This document shows, piece by piece, positions 8,879-19,250 of a stretch of 64,000 nt of DNA. The notes beneath the pieces are model-generated. The model saw nothing but the letters and a program-made list of their open reading frames with translations. It had not been told where the DNA came from and searched no databases. The position numbers and the translations under genes were made by a program. Source of the stretch: a virus (lineage: Duplodnaviria; Caudoviricetes); the IMG/VR virus record IMGVR_UViG_2894787282_000001, positions 32,001 through 96,000 of that record. The stretch is one strand, 5' to 3'. Within the stretch, counting starts at the first letter, position 1. Every line of letters starts with the position of its first letter.

Positions 8879-8955
8879 AGAGCCACGCAGCGCGTGGCTC
8901 TAAGACTTTTGGTTGTGCAGACGATGTGCTCTGTATATCAACCAAGGAGTCTTTC
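8879..8955 (+). promoter_or_regulatory. Two-hairpin leader element, copy 2
   Basis: AGAGCCACGC-AGC-GCGTGGCTCT followed by AAGACTTTTGGTTG...CAACCAAGGAGTCTT. Confidence 0.55.
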
Positions 8956-9138
8956 ATGATTCTTCAATCCGGTGAGCTTTACACGCTCGCCACCGACCCG
9001 ATGCTGATCCTGATGGCACGCGAGTGTGAGGACGTCGAAGACGAACTCGAACTCGCTGCGCTCAGCGCTCAGCGCGAGTCCACCCTGCTCGCTGCACAGG
9101 CTTACACCGCAGCACGTCAATCCTCTCAATCGTTCTAA
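8956..9138 (+). CDS. Small hypothetical protein
   Basis: AAGGAG RBS before ATG 8956. Confidence 0.55.
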   Translation: MILQSGELYTLATDPMLILMARECEDVEDELELAALSAQRESTLLAAQAYTAARQSSQSF

Positions 9139-9150
9139 GGAGCTTCCATC

Positions 9151-10086
9151 ATGTTCAATCGTTCATTCAATCTCACCAACTTCGTCAAAGACATCCCCTC
9201 GCTGGCGCTGCGCAAAGCTGCTTGGCTCAGCCTTGTGGGCTCAGTCAACGCCTCGCTGTTCGGTGCAGCCGACGCCATCGTGCAAAAGCTGCAAGCTGCT
9301 GGTTACACCGAGCTGAAGGAACTCAGCACGCGCGAGATCAAGGCGCTTTGCTCTGGCCCCGAGACCGGCGCAAGCGTTGATGTCATCGCTGCCAACAAGA
9401 AGCTGTACAAGCTGCACGTTGAATGGCGTGCCGAGTTGCAGCACACCACTGTGGTCAGCTCAGGCCGCAAGGCTGACGACACGCTCGGCAGCATTGCCAG
9501 CACCATCACGATGATGACTGGCCCGCAGAAGGAGCGCGACATCAACCGTGAAGCGGTACCGCTGCTCGCCTCGCTTGGCATCACCGTGACGCCGGACATG
9601 ATCGCTGCTGCAAAGAAACAGCGTCTCATGGACGACAACCACTTCGCCAACATGCGCAAGCAACGCGCGGGCATGATCGAGTACATCATCGACAACTTGT
9701 TTGCCAGCAACGACAGCAAGTATGACGGCGATGACGACGAGAACTATTCGACGCTCGATGTCGAGGTGAAGGAGTACCTGGCCAACAAGCTCATGGCTTC
9801 GATGAACAAGGCGATGACGACCAGTGTCAACAACACACTGTTCGGTCGTGCCGGTGACAACGTGCTCGGCGTGGGTGACTACATGATCGCGCAGCGCATC
9901 GTGCCTCAGCTGGTCGATGCAATGACCGGCGTGGCCAAGCCCAAAGCTGCAAAGGCACCGCGTGCGAAGAAAGTCAAAGCGCCCGTCGTGCAACGCGCAC
10001 CGCGCCCAACACAGAAGAGCGTCGTGACAACGGTCAACGACAACGGCTTCAAGGTGACACGCCCGGTTGAAGCCGCAACAGCGTAA
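9151..10086 (+). CDS. Hypothetical protein with Lys/Ala/Pro-rich C-terminal tail
   Basis: 311-aa ORF, AAGGAG RBS, followed by hairpin. Confidence 0.8.
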   Translation: MFNRSFNLTNFVKDIPSLALRKAAWLSLVGSVNASLFGAADAIVQKLQAAGYTELKELSTREIKALCSGPETGASVDVIAANKKLYKLHVEWRAELQHTTVVSSGRKADDTLGSIASTITMMTGPQKERDINREAVPLLASLGITVTPDMIAAAKKQRLMDDNHFANMRKQRAGMIEYIIDNLFASNDSKYDGDDDENYSTLDVEVKEYLANKLMASMNKAMTTSVNNTLFGRAGDNVLGVGDYMIAQRIVPQLVDAMTGVAKPKAAKAPRAKKVKAPVVQRAPRPTQKSVVTTVNDNGFKVTRPVEAATA

Positions 10087-10093
10087 ACAGTCT

Positions 10094-10124
10094 GGTCATC
10101 ACACTTCGGTGTGGTGGCCATTTT
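10094..10124 (+). terminator. Hairpin with TTCG loop and short T tract
   Basis: GGTCATCACAC-TTCG-GTGTGGTGGCC-ATTTT. Confidence 0.55.
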
Positions 10125-10199
10125 GTGCGTCGGGCTGACGAACATGGTGCTATGAACTTTGTAGCAATGCAAACACGAACATGGTGACGACGTGACAGT

Positions 10200-10620
10200 G
10201 CAACATGGCCGGTTTGAACGGTTTGAACGTGTACCAGTACCAATGTACCAAAACAGTTTTAGCTCATCCTACAATACAAATATATATTCTCTCTATCTCT
10301 ATCTATTTATTTGAATAATAAATAAATTTCAGTACATTGGTACAAAAGAGGTAGTTCTCAGAGGGAAGCCCTACGTACCAAAGTGTGTACCACCACCGTC
10401 CAATAACACCGCCAATGTACCAAGAATTTCACCGTTCAGCGCCACGACGAACCAGGTGCCTCGGCCACACCGAAACATGTAACTAAATTACCGACTTTTT
10501 AGAGTTCAAAAATCAGTACAAACCGTGCTTTGAACTCTAAAAAGCCTGTTCCTGACTGAAATCTTACAGTTTTCACAGTCAAATAGGATAGCAGCTATGA
10601 TCTTAATAGCAAACTATCGT
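10200..10620. other. Putative phage replication origin / control region
   Basis: Non-coding; clustered GTAC(CA) repeats around an AT-rich core (about 10270-10330); 16-bp inverted repeat 10495-10544; upstream of primase-helicase. Confidence 0.5.
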
Positions 10621-10685
10621 TGTTCCTATTCAAATTCTTTGCTATCATTTTTGATGGTAACCAAATTACACAGGAGAAAATCCAA

Positions 10686-11036
10686 ATGGCACTTGATGCA
10701 GAACTGAACTCATTAGCCCGCCTTGCTATACGCAATGCCTTCTGGGCTGACTTCAGCGCCCTAGCTAATCACTACATCAAACTTGGAGCCGGGCTGGACA
10801 CGGAACTCTTAGAGATGGAACTAGGCGAATTAACAAGTATCTACGGACGAAACACTAAAGCAACCGGCGATGAGTTCATAAATCTGTGGGTTCAAACCAC
10901 TCGCGGGACAAATGGTCACGAAACAGTCGTGGAAGCCCTCAAACAAGAAGACGCTCTTGAAGTTCACCTCCAAGGCAAACTAGTTTTCAAACGTGTGAAA
11001 GGTATGTGGTTCTTTCAAGAGAAAGCACTTGGCTGA
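10686..11036 (+). CDS. Hypothetical protein (lower GC)
   Basis: AGGAG RBS before ATG 10686. Confidence 0.6.
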   Translation: MALDAELNSLARLAIRNAFWADFSALANHYIKLGAGLDTELLEMELGELTSIYGRNTKATGDEFINLWVQTTRGTNGHETVVEALKQEDALEVHLQGKLVFKRVKGMWFFQEKALG

Positions 11037-11159
11037 TTATTGAGGGAGCAAACCTCATTGAAAGAATTAATCGACAATCTGAACTCTAAGGTGATCTAAT
11101 CGTCTCCCTCGAAACAACAGGCATCGCCTCTTCGCACAACATCTGAAAGTGCTCCCACC

Positions 11160-13646
11160 ATGAACTCGACTGCTATACATTTTCTAGCGGCGGAAATGAC
11201 TCTCGGTAAGTCATTCTGGCTAGACAGTCAAGGCGAACTCTGCAAATCAAACTACCCAAATGTCCGTGATTTCACATCGACCACAGTGCACTGCAGCTCG
11301 CTCAAAGAGTTTCATGCGGCGCTCATCAAACACGCAGCTGAAGGCATGTGCCTGCTCAAAGGCAAGCTGCACAAAAAGCTCGACCGTGAATCACGCGCAG
11401 GCAGCACCAAGTCCGATGACCCAACCAACTGGTTATGTCTGGACCTCGATGGTGCGCCTTATGACACGCCTCAGCAGTTCATGGCAGCAATCCCTGAGTT
11501 CAAAGATGTCTCGCACATCGTTCAATACTCAGCGTCCTATGGCATCAACGGCAACAAAAAACTGAGTTGCCACATCTTTATGCTCCTGGACCAAGCCCTC
11601 CCCGCCGCCAACATCAAGACCTGGCTGATGGACAAAAACCTCAGCGACGGTCTGCGCAAGGGCATCACACTCAGCCGCATAGGTGCAACGCTACACTGGC
11701 CACTCGACGTGACGGCGTGCCAGAACGACAAGCTGCTGTATATCGCACCGCCAACTCTTGGGAAAGGTGTCACTTCAACTCTAAAGGCATCTGAACGAAT
11801 CCAATACGTTCCAGGCAGACTCCAAGTCCTATCTGTCAAACACCTCCAACCCAAACGCACACTCGAACAAGTCAAAGAAGAATCCAAGAAACTGCGTGAC
11901 GACCTGCGTAAAGCGGCGAACTTGCCAGCTCTGCGCTCAGGAACCAAATGGGTCGGTGAACTGGAGATTCAAAGCAAACCAGGTGTAGCCAGTATTACCG
12001 GCAGAAAGGAAGAACGTGGGTTTGTATATTTCAACCTTAATGGCGGCGACAGCTGGTCTTATTACCACCCTGTTGGTAACCCTGAGTTCATCCGATGCTT
12101 CAAAGATCCTGACCTCAGCTACCTCACCCGTGAGCTTCTGCCTGACTATTACAAAGACCAGCGAATCACGCAGCGCATACAACAGTCCCAACCCACCGAA
12201 GGTGGTGAACTGGTGCTGGCCTTCAGGGACAAGCGAACAGCTCAATACTGGAACGGAACCTGGCAAGAAGAAACCCAGACCCTTGACCTTCATCCAGCCA
12301 AGTCCGAGCTGCAGCTCAACCACTGGATGCAAGGCCACCAGCTCCCACCCTTTGACGTGATCCCTGTATGGGACATGCTGTTCAACCCACAATCCACCGT
12401 CATCATTGACGAAGCTGCACACACTATCAACACGTATGTGCCGACCAAGTATTTCAGGCAAGAGCACAACCCCAAAGCCGCCCTGAACGACTGCCCACTG
12501 ATCAAGCGCATCATGCTGCATGCCATCAGCGGCGGACAAGAAGACGAGACCTTCGAGCACTGGCTCAACTGGCTGGCCGTCATCTTCCAGCAAAAAGTCA
12601 AACCCAAGACAGCCTGGATACTCCATGGCGAAGAAGGAACAGGCAAGGGCGTCATCGTCAGCCGCGTACTCACGCCGCTACTGGGTGCCCAGTACGTCCA
12701 GCAAAAGCGCGCCAGCGAGCTGGAAGAGAAGTTCACTGGGTGGCTGGAGAAAGCCCTCATCGCATTCATCGACGAGATTGAGGTCTCAGCCTCACAGCGC
12801 AAAGACACCATCAGCGGCGACCTGCGCTCCTTCATCACAGAGGACGTGGTCACTATCCGACACATGAACCGCGCAGCGGTGCAAACCACGAACTACACCG
12901 GTTTCATCTTCAGCTCCAACAAGACGACACCCGTCGTCATCAGCTCTGGGGACCGCCGCTACAACGTAGGCTTCTTCCAGAAACAACGTCTCCAAGTTAC
13001 TCAAAACGAACTCGACCACACACTGCCCAAAGAACTGCCCGCCTTCATGAGCTACATCATGACGCGCGAGGCCGACGTACAGACAGCAGGCCAAGCACTC
13101 AAAAACCAAGCGCACAAAGACCTGGTCGAAGGCAACAAGACCAGCGCAGACATCACCGCAGGCCAGCTAGCCAACGGCGACATCATGGCCCTGTGGGAGA
13201 TGCGTATGGACCTGAACCTGGCCCTGCAGATCACTGGTGGCAATGCAGGCTTCGCACACATGTACCACGACATCATCAAGCGTGAGGTAGAGCTGCTGGC
13301 CACAAGCCCCAACGCAGACACCTACAAAGGCCGCGTGTCCAAATCTGCCAAGCAAGACATCGTCGTGACTGCCGAGTCAAGACTCAGCCGCGACGAGCTG
13401 CTGGTTGTATTCGAGCACTGCGTGGGCAACATGCCCAAGACACCAAACAAATTCACCTCGCTGCTCAAGCACAGAGGCATCAAGACCGAACAGCTTCGTG
13501 TCAACGGTGCCAAGACCTTCGGCCTCAAAGTCGAATGGAAAGCACCTCGCTCCTGGCTCGACGAGGTCATGCAGGAAATCGAAGAAGCCAAGCCCCGCAC
13601 CAGCCGGGCCAAGATCATCAAGCTCTCAGAACGGAGGACAGCATGA
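11160..13646 (+). CDS. Primase-helicase (prim-pol-like N-terminus plus SF3/DUF5906-like ATPase)
   Basis: LCLDLDG and SCHIF motifs; GEEGTGKG Walker A, AFIDE Walker B, FSSN, DRRY. Confidence 0.82.
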   Translation: MNSTAIHFLAAEMTLGKSFWLDSQGELCKSNYPNVRDFTSTTVHCSSLKEFHAALIKHAAEGMCLLKGKLHKKLDRESRAGSTKSDDPTNWLCLDLDGAPYDTPQQFMAAIPEFKDVSHIVQYSASYGINGNKKLSCHIFMLLDQALPAANIKTWLMDKNLSDGLRKGITLSRIGATLHWPLDVTACQNDKLLYIAPPTLGKGVTSTLKASERIQYVPGRLQVLSVKHLQPKRTLEQVKEESKKLRDDLRKAANLPALRSGTKWVGELEIQSKPGVASITGRKEERGFVYFNLNGGDSWSYYHPVGNPEFIRCFKDPDLSYLTRELLPDYYKDQRITQRIQQSQPTEGGELVLAFRDKRTAQYWNGTWQEETQTLDLHPAKSELQLNHWMQGHQLPPFDVIPVWDMLFNPQSTVIIDEAAHTINTYVPTKYFRQEHNPKAALNDCPLIKRIMLHAISGGQEDETFEHWLNWLAVIFQQKVKPKTAWILHGEEGTGKGVIVSRVLTPLLGAQYVQQKRASELEEKFTGWLEKALIAFIDEIEVSASQRKDTISGDLRSFITEDVVTIRHMNRAAVQTTNYTGFIFSSNKTTPVVISSGDRRYNVGFFQKQRLQVTQNELDHTLPKELPAFMSYIMTREADVQTAGQALKNQAHKDLVEGNKTSADITAGQLANGDIMALWEMRMDLNLALQITGGNAGFAHMYHDIIKREVELLATSPNADTYKGRVSKSAKQDIVVTAESRLSRDELLVVFEHCVGNMPKTPNKFTSLLKHRGIKTEQLRVNGAKTFGLKVEWKAPRSWLDEVMQEIEEAKPRTSRAKIIKLSERRTA

Positions 13647-13945
13647 AGTGCGTCGCGGGCGATCTCGCCGTCATCCTTAATGACCCCTATCCAGAAAACA
13701 TAGGGGCCTTTGTAAAGGTTACTCAGCGCGTCACAGACACCGATGCGTGGTATGGATACAGCGGAGAAGAATGGGAGTGCAAACCGCTGCAACCAATTCG
13801 CGGCTGGGTAAGTGACGACAAAACACAAAGCACAGTCGGATTAGAAGCCTGCGCTCTTTTCGACGCTGACCTCAAACCCATTCGCGGCAAGAAAGCCGCC
13901 GACAAGCAACTCACCATCAACCCGCCAGAAGAGGCTCTCGCATGA
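13643..13945 (+). CDS. Hypothetical phage protein
   Basis: GGAGG RBS, ATGA coupling to primase stop. Confidence 0.6.
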   Translation: MKCVAGDLAVILNDPYPENIGAFVKVTQRVTDTDAWYGYSGEEWECKPLQPIRGWVSDDKTQSTVGLEACALFDADLKPIRGKKAADKQLTINPPEEALA

Positions 13946-14139
13946 AGCACTCACAAATCCAACTCGCCATCGCAGCTGCCAAGCGCTTCATCAAAGCAGC
14001 TGAACAAGTCGAGCGTGCCACTTTCAGTGGAACCAGCTCACCGGCTGGCGACTACATCAACACAGGCAAAACCAGCGGAGCTGCGCGCCGAGCTTCTCTG
14101 GATCTCACTCGTCAACTCGCAGAAATGAGGAAACCATGA
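13942..14139 (+). CDS. Small hypothetical protein
   Basis: Translationally coupled ORF. Confidence 0.55.
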   Translation: MKHSQIQLAIAAAKRFIKAAEQVERATFSGTSSPAGDYINTGKTSGAARRASLDLTRQLAEMRKP

Positions 14140-14534
14140 GCAACACACCCGTCGAAATCAACCAGCTTCAACTCGCAGTCCTTCGTGCCTTAGGCGCCAC
14201 CTTCGAGGGCAACGTCATCCGTTGCTCAGGACGCAAAGGCATCGTCTACCTGCGTACAAGCAAAGGCACAGCGCCCATCGCTCACAACAAACTGACTGGC
14301 AAGCCCATCGTCTCAGGTTGTGAACACGAAGGTGCTGACAGCGTCGCTAACTTCATCTCAGAAGTAGCACTTGCGAACCTCATGACTGTGCTGTTCGGCG
14401 GCAAAGAATACGTGCTGCCCAAGCCCGAAGACTTCTTCTACGTGTTCGTCGAAGACCTCGACAACGACAACGAACCTGAGATCACAGACACCTCGGACGC
14501 AGCCACTGTGCTCGCAGCTATTCAACAACTCTGA
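14136..14534 (+). CDS. Hypothetical protein
   Basis: Translationally coupled ORF with GAGG RBS. Confidence 0.6.
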   Translation: MSNTPVEINQLQLAVLRALGATFEGNVIRCSGRKGIVYLRTSKGTAPIAHNKLTGKPIVSGCEHEGADSVANFISEVALANLMTVLFGGKEYVLPKPEDFFYVFVEDLDNDNEPEITDTSDAATVLAAIQQL

Positions 14535-15014
14535 AAGAAACCTCACCATGCTCAACACAAACCGCCTCGCCGCCTCGCCGCCATGGCAGCAGCCATGCCG
14601 GCCTCAGCAGGATCGGTCGGTAATACTCAAGTCGTAGTTGTGTCTGGAAACACACCTACTGCCGCTGAACTGCAAAAACAGCTGCCTGTCGAACGGACGC
14701 CACGCCAGAAAAAACTCGCATCCTTGGGCTTCGACATCTCTTACGCCACCCGGCCACGACGTCGCGCGGGCTATGGCTGGACGAACGCACATGCCAATCG
14801 TGTCGCACGGAAGGCACGCAATGTCAAACGGCACCGTGCCGCAGCGAAAGGCTGACCATGATCCATCGTCCTGAACAGCTCGACTATGGCTAGCGGCCCA
14901 TAGCCCAAAACACAAACCAACAGAGTAACCGGACGGTAGCTTGGAGGGACTTGCTACCGTCCACAAATTCGATAGCGTTGCGTGCAACATTATCAAATTC
15001 GTAAAGAAGGATGT

Positions 15015-15296
15015 ATGGAACTCCCAGTTAACTACAACGACACACCGTTCTCTGAGCGACGTGCTGTCCGTGAAGAGTACGCCCGCATTCAAGAAGGCAA
15101 ATGCTCACACTGCGGCGCACAGCTTGATGGCGCGCCCACCGCCGAGATCCTAAGCAAACGGATCAACACACGCTTGTTCCCCGAAAACTTCTTCAAGTGG
15201 CCTGTTCACCTGCACCACGATCACGACACAGGCATGACCATCGGTGCCGTTCACAGCACATGCAACGCCGTCCTTTGGCAATACCACGGAGAGTAA
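15015..15296 (+). CDS. Small Endonuclease VII-like protein
   Basis: Q.GKCSHC...HLHHDHDTGMTIGAVHSTCN. Confidence 0.7.
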   Translation: MELPVNYNDTPFSERRAVREEYARIQEGKCSHCGAQLDGAPTAEILSKRINTRLFPENFFKWPVHLHHDHDTGMTIGAVHSTCNAVLWQYHGE

Positions 15297-15486
15297 GTAT
15301 GCAAGTCAATCAACGCGGCGAACCAGTCGTCGAAGAGCACCTGTTTAGGTACGGTATCCGCTCAGCTACAGACGACGAGCGGGACACAGCCATCGTGCTC
15401 ATCCTTGAGCACCTTGGCCTCGTGATTGTTAAAACGAATGCAACGAAACACGGGACTACCGAGTTGGAGTTGCGAAAGGAAGCACC

Positions 15487-15984
15487 ATGAAGATCAAAGT
15501 AAGCGAAACCACGCCCATCCAGCTCGACTGGCTGGTGGCGAAGTGCTTGGGTGGCGTCGTTAAACCTAGCCGCTGTTTCGACTGCAAGCATTATGAAGAA
15601 AGACAAGGGCGAGACGAGGCTATTCAATACTGTCATCACCCTAAGATGGATTTTGAAGACGGCTCGGGTGCAATCCATAGCTGGCCCTCTGACCATGAAA
15701 CGCACAGTCAATGCCCAATCAGTGACCTAACTCCAGAACCGTTCTCCACCGACCCAGCACAAGGTCAGCCGATCTTGGAGCGGGAGGGCGTCCATACTGG
15801 CCCACTGACTTACGGAAATGCGTGTCGGGTCATAGGAAAGTGGCGGGGAATTATTGGCTATGCACCTGATGGCGGTGAGCATTTGTTTGAGCAGTTTGGC
15901 CCAACCATGCTGATCGCCGGTCTGCGCTGCTTCGTGGCGTCCAAGCTGGGTGACGAAGTCGAAGTACCGGATGACCGCACCTGA
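15487..15984 (+). CDS. NinX/DUF2591-like phage protein with Cys-rich insertion
   Basis: LDWLVAKC...FSTDPAQG.PI.ERE...GPT.LIA..RCFVASKLGDEVEVP. Confidence 0.7.
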   Translation: MKIKVSETTPIQLDWLVAKCLGGVVKPSRCFDCKHYEERQGRDEAIQYCHHPKMDFEDGSGAIHSWPSDHETHSQCPISDLTPEPFSTDPAQGQPILEREGVHTGPLTYGNACRVIGKWRGIIGYAPDGGEHLFEQFGPTMLIAGLRCFVASKLGDEVEVPDDRT

Positions 15985-16035
15985 TCAAACCTTTCACTGA
16001 CCCGCAACTCTAACCACCTCTAACTAAGGACCACC

Positions 16036-18024
16036 ATGTCGACATTCAAACCCTTCGCCAAAGTCATTCACGACCGTCTGGTCGAGCTGTCCAAACACGA
16101 GCTGTACACCACGTCGATCACCGGCGACGAGCTGTGGGCCGCGTACCTCGCCGCCTTCCCTGAAGGCACCAACCCGATTTACAAAACCCGCACTGAGCAC
16201 GACTGCAGCTGCTGCAAGAACTTCGTGCGCAACTTCGGGCCGCTGGTGGCGATCATCAATGGCCAGACGCACTCAATCTGGCGCGCCGAGGGTCTGGAGC
16301 ACCCCTTCAACGTCGTGGCCTCCCAGCTTGACAGCCTTGTGGGCAGCGCCACCATCAAAGGCGTGTTCCGCACCTCGGAGAGCCAGTACGGCGCCGAGAC
16401 GACCCGCAGTCTCGAGGATGGCAACACCAAGACATGGAACCACTTCCACGGGCGGGTGGCAGAACGCCACCAGAACCACATGCCCGACAAGGCTCGTGGT
16501 GACATCAACACCACCGCCCAAGTGTTCCTGCGCGGCCTCGAAGAGCTAACGAGGGATGCGATCGGTCAAGTGGTTCAGCTGATCGAAGGCAACGCGCTGT
16601 ACCGCGGTGAAGAACATCTGGCCGCTGTCAAGGCTTTCCAGAAGCTGCACAACCAATACTGGCTCGTGGACTCGAAGGGGCAAGACCTGTTCATCTGGCA
16701 GCACGCCACCAACCCCGCCGTGCGTTTCCGCAACACCGTGATCGGCACGCTGGTGGACGACCTGTCCAAGGGCGTCGATCTGGAAGCCGCGGTGCGCTCG
16801 TTCGAGGCCAAGGTAGCACCCGCCAACTACAAACGCACATCGGCCCTGATCACGCCGCGCATGGTGGCTGACGCCATGAAGACCATCAATGACCTGGGCC
16901 TGGAATCCGCACTGGAACGCCGCCACGCCACGCTGTCTGATGTCAGCGTCAACAACGTGCTGTGGGTGGACAACGACGCCAAGGCCAAGATGAAAGGCGG
17001 TGTTGAGTCCTTGTTGCTGGCCGCCGCCGTGGCGCCGGAGCCCAAGGGCAAGCCCGAAGACATCAGCATCGACGACTTCATGGCCAAAGTAATTCCAACC
17101 GCTGTGTCCATGTCGGTGATGGTGAAGAACAGCCAGCAGGCCAACTTCATGAGCCTGACTGCTCCGGTGCATGCCGACGTCGCCCCACTGTTCAAGTGGG
17201 ACAACAACTTTGCCTGGAGCTACGACGGCAACGTCACCGACTCCATCAAGGAGCGCGTCAAACGTGCCGGTGGCAACATCACCACCGCCAAGCTGCGCGT
17301 CAGCCTGGCCTGGTTCAACTACGACGACCTGGATATTCACGTCATTGAACCCAGTGGCAACCACATCGACTTCCGCAACAAGTGCGGCAAGCTGGATGTG
17401 GACATGAATGCTGGTGGTGGCCAGACCCGTGAGCCCGTGGAGAACGTGAGCTGGACATCCGCCAATCTGCGTGACGGTGTGTACATGGTGATCATTGATC
17501 AGTGGTCGCGCCGCGAAACCAAGGACGTCGGCTTTGAACTGGAAGTCGAAAGTAACGGACAAATCCACCGCTTCGCCTATAAGAAAGCGCTGATGGACGA
17601 GTGTGATGCCTTGGTGCTCACTGTCAAGAACGGCGCTGTCGTGGACATCAAGCTGCACGCCGACCTCACAGGTGGCGGCTTCTCGCAAGAAAAGTGGGGT
17701 ATCAAAACCGAAGCTTGGACCAAGGTCAACACCCTGATGTACAGCCCCAACTACTGGGATGACAACCACACCGGCAACCGCCATGTGTTCTTCATCCTGG
17801 ATGGCTGTGTCAGCGATGCCGCCACCCGTGGCATCTACAACGAGTTCCTGAAACCCGAGCTGGAAAAGCACCGCAAGGTGTTTGAAGTCCTGGGCAACCG
17901 GACGCAATGCACGCCGTCGACTGAGCAGCTCAGCGGCGTAGGATTTTCCTCAACCAACAAGGACACGGTCGTGGTGCGCGTCACCACTGCCAAGTCCAAC
18001 CGTGTCTACAACGTCAACTTCTGA
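16036..18024 (+). CDS. Large conserved phage protein of unknown function (N-terminal HDCxCC; YfaP-like C-terminal part)
   Basis: 662-aa ORF; LRVSLAW...DLDIHV.EP...LDVDMN...PVEN motif. Confidence 0.75.
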   Translation: MSTFKPFAKVIHDRLVELSKHELYTTSITGDELWAAYLAAFPEGTNPIYKTRTEHDCSCCKNFVRNFGPLVAIINGQTHSIWRAEGLEHPFNVVASQLDSLVGSATIKGVFRTSESQYGAETTRSLEDGNTKTWNHFHGRVAERHQNHMPDKARGDINTTAQVFLRGLEELTRDAIGQVVQLIEGNALYRGEEHLAAVKAFQKLHNQYWLVDSKGQDLFIWQHATNPAVRFRNTVIGTLVDDLSKGVDLEAAVRSFEAKVAPANYKRTSALITPRMVADAMKTINDLGLESALERRHATLSDVSVNNVLWVDNDAKAKMKGGVESLLLAAAVAPEPKGKPEDISIDDFMAKVIPTAVSMSVMVKNSQQANFMSLTAPVHADVAPLFKWDNNFAWSYDGNVTDSIKERVKRAGGNITTAKLRVSLAWFNYDDLDIHVIEPSGNHIDFRNKCGKLDVDMNAGGGQTREPVENVSWTSANLRDGVYMVIIDQWSRRETKDVGFELEVESNGQIHRFAYKKALMDECDALVLTVKNGAVVDIKLHADLTGGGFSQEKWGIKTEAWTKVNTLMYSPNYWDDNHTGNRHVFFILDGCVSDAATRGIYNEFLKPELEKHRKVFEVLGNRTQCTPSTEQLSGVGFSSTNKDTVVVRVTTAKSNRVYNVNF

Positions 18025-18033
18025 AAGCCAACC

Positions 18034-18435
18034 ATGAACATCTTTGAACAAGCCTCCATCAACAAACTGCGCTTCTCCACCAACAAGGGCGACCTGACCA
18101 CCGAACAACTGTGGGACTTGCCGCTGACCTCCAAGACAAGCTTCGACCTGGACACCATCGCCAAGTCAGTCAATGATGAGCTGCGTGGTGCAACGGAAGA
18201 AAGTTTCGTAGCGACCAGCACCAACCCGGCTAAGCCCAGCCTGGAACTGAAACTCGAAATCCTCAAGCACATCATCGCTATCAAACTGGCCCAGAACGAC
18301 GCTCGCCGTCTCGCCGCACAACGTGCCGAAGAACGTCGCAAGCTGCTCGACATCCTGAGTAAGAAGGAAGACGCAGCGCTGGAAAGCCTAAAGCCTGAAG
18401 AACTACGCGCTCGCCTGGCAGCGCTCGACTCGTGA
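18034..18435 (+). CDS. Conserved phage coiled-coil protein, partner of upstream gene
   Basis: FE.AS..KLRF...KG.L..EQLWDLPL motif. Confidence 0.7.
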   Translation: MNIFEQASINKLRFSTNKGDLTTEQLWDLPLTSKTSFDLDTIAKSVNDELRGATEESFVATSTNPAKPSLELKLEILKHIIAIKLAQNDARRLAAQRAEERRKLLDILSKKEDAALESLKPEELRARLAALDS

Positions 18436-18578
18436 ACTCTAACGACCTCGAACAACGTGCGCAGCAACTCTACCCTGCGCAGCCAAGCTACCGCGCAGCC
18501 TGGCTGCGCATGGTTCAGCTGCTTGGCAACAAGTGGCTTCTCGCTGCGAACGCAGTACCTCGTCCTAAAGGAAATTAA
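18432..18578 (+). CDS. Small phage protein (48 aa)
   Basis: GTGA coupling; WLRMV..LGNKWLLA; below the ORF-track cutoff. Confidence 0.5.
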   Translation: MNSNDLEQRAQQLYPAQPSYRAAWLRMVQLLGNKWLLAANAVPRPKGN

Positions 18579-18580
18579 CC

Positions 18581-18932
18581 GTGAACATCAACGACCTTAC
18601 CCTGGGCCAAGCCAAAGAACTCGCAGCTCTGTTCGGCGCAACAACGGCAACAGTTAAACCCACCCACCCGTTCGTCGGCAAATATGTCATCGCACGTTGC
18701 TACACAGCTGGCGTGCATGCTGGCGAAGTTATCAGCGCCGAGGGCGAAAACGTCATCCTGAAAAACTCGCGCCGCCTCTGGAGCTGGAAAGCCAAAGACG
18801 GCATAGCTCTGTCCGGTGTTGCTCAGAACGGCGTGCAAAGCGGTTGCAAGATCGACGTGCTCAATCCTGAGATTTATCTCACAGGTATTTGCGAACTCAT
18901 CCCTTGCAGCGCAACAGCTAAGGAGTCCATCA

Positions 18933-18949
<17 letters not shown>
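18581..18949 (+). CDS. DUF6948-like phage protein
   Basis: VIARCY.AGVHAG...L.NSRRLW.W...LS.VA..G. Confidence 0.65.

Positions 18950-19250
<301 letters not shown>

Noticed and set aside
16546-17907. 453-aa minus-strand ORF (likewise 58952-60205 and 41227-42354)
   Set aside because: Antisense shadows of well-supported genes.
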